From NCBI RefSeq assembly GCF_000002865.3, contig NW_001865083.1:204852-225827 (forward strand): 20,976 nt of DNA. Reading direction: 5' to 3'. Origin of the DNA: Monosiga brevicollis MX1 (lineage: Eukaryota). Position 1 is the stretch's first letter, and every line of letters starts with the position of its first letter. This document shows, piece by piece, positions 20,242 to 20,976 of the stretch. The notes below the pieces were generated by a model. It ran no database searches. It was not told the DNA's origin and saw nothing but the letters and a program-made list of their open reading frames with translations. The position numbers and the translations under genes are program-made.

Positions 20242-20577
20242 ATTGGTGAGGACGAGCAGGGTAGCAAGGGGCAGGCTGCCAATGAATTGAAAGGGTTGCG
20301 GTCAAGGACCAATGAGCAAAGCGCAAGCCCAGCCGAGCTGGGTAGCCAGGCGAAGAACAGGGGGAGCACAAGAGAGAGAGGGAAGACGAGAAAAATGAGA
20401 AGAGCGATCCAAGAGCGGATCCTGACGGGAGCGCGGAAGGCAGGGAAAGAAAACACTTGATTTTGAATTTTCCCGGGCTTTTCAATTTGAATTGTTTGAA
20501 GCGGGAAAAGACCTTGGTTTGACATTTGCGATCTACACGTCTGATATTTCATCTGACATTTATAGATTGTCAGCACG

Positions 20578-20773
20578 GGAGAGAGAGAGACATAGAGAGA
20601 GAGAGTGAATGAGACAGAGAGAGACAGAGAGAGAGAGAGTAGAGAGAGCGAGTCGGGAGTCGAAAAGAGCGGAGAGCGTAGAACAGTTGAGAGATGTCGG
20701 TAGAGAGTTGAGAGCGCAGAGAGAGGAGTAGAGAGTTAGAGAGTCGAGAGGAGAGCGTAGAGAGAGGAGAGCG
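20578..20773. repeat. Degenerate (GA)n purine-rich tract upstream of Aurora kinase
   Basis: About 195 bp of GA dinucleotides, interrupted by recurring GAGCGTAG, GAGTCG and GAGTT elements. Confidence 0.85.
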
Positions 20774-20976
20774 TACAGACACCATCTGCACCGCCCTGCA
20801 CGCACTTGCAGCAGGGACTCGCCATTGATCGATCGTTACCTGTGCGAGGGTTGTGTTATGGGGGGCATAGGTAGACACGTCCGCTGGTGTGCCGGCGATG
20901 AAAGCAGACGGAAATGAGCGTGTGTTGCGATGATAACGACGGCCAACTTATCAAGCGTAGCAGGCTGGTAAATGGC

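Noticed and set aside
20570..20976. 3' end of another - strand gene at the window edge
   Set aside because: The open frames run into the (TC)n tract and show no recognisable motif; cannot be supported without flanking sequence.

Overview
Eukaryotic, gene-dense window with moderately high GC and many short GT-AG introns. Gene content and style fit a choanoflagellate such as Monosiga (inference, not proven). From left to right: (1) the 3' part of a multi-exon GPCR-like membrane protein with a C-terminal DEP domain (GPR155/LYCHOS-like, + strand); (2) an apparently intronless, bacterial-type FG-GAP/VCBS beta-propeller gene with a 1-bp frameshift (- strand); (3) a 26-bp higher-order minisatellite; (4) a divergent, intronless 518-aa PNP/MTA-SAH-nucleosidase-fold gene of the type seen in immune effectors, fused to an unknown C-terminal domain (+); (5) a multi-exon proteoglycan xylosyltransferase (+); (6) an acidic single-RRM protein (-); (7) a large type I membrane mucin-like protein with Cys-rich, Sushi-like and TNFR-like repeats and a 153-bp higher-order coding repeat (-); (8) a complete 8-exon Aurora kinase (-). 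The most interesting part is the intron-free island at about 2670-5860, which holds a candidate nucleotide-depleting immune effector. Exon models were assembled by eye and no database searches were run.
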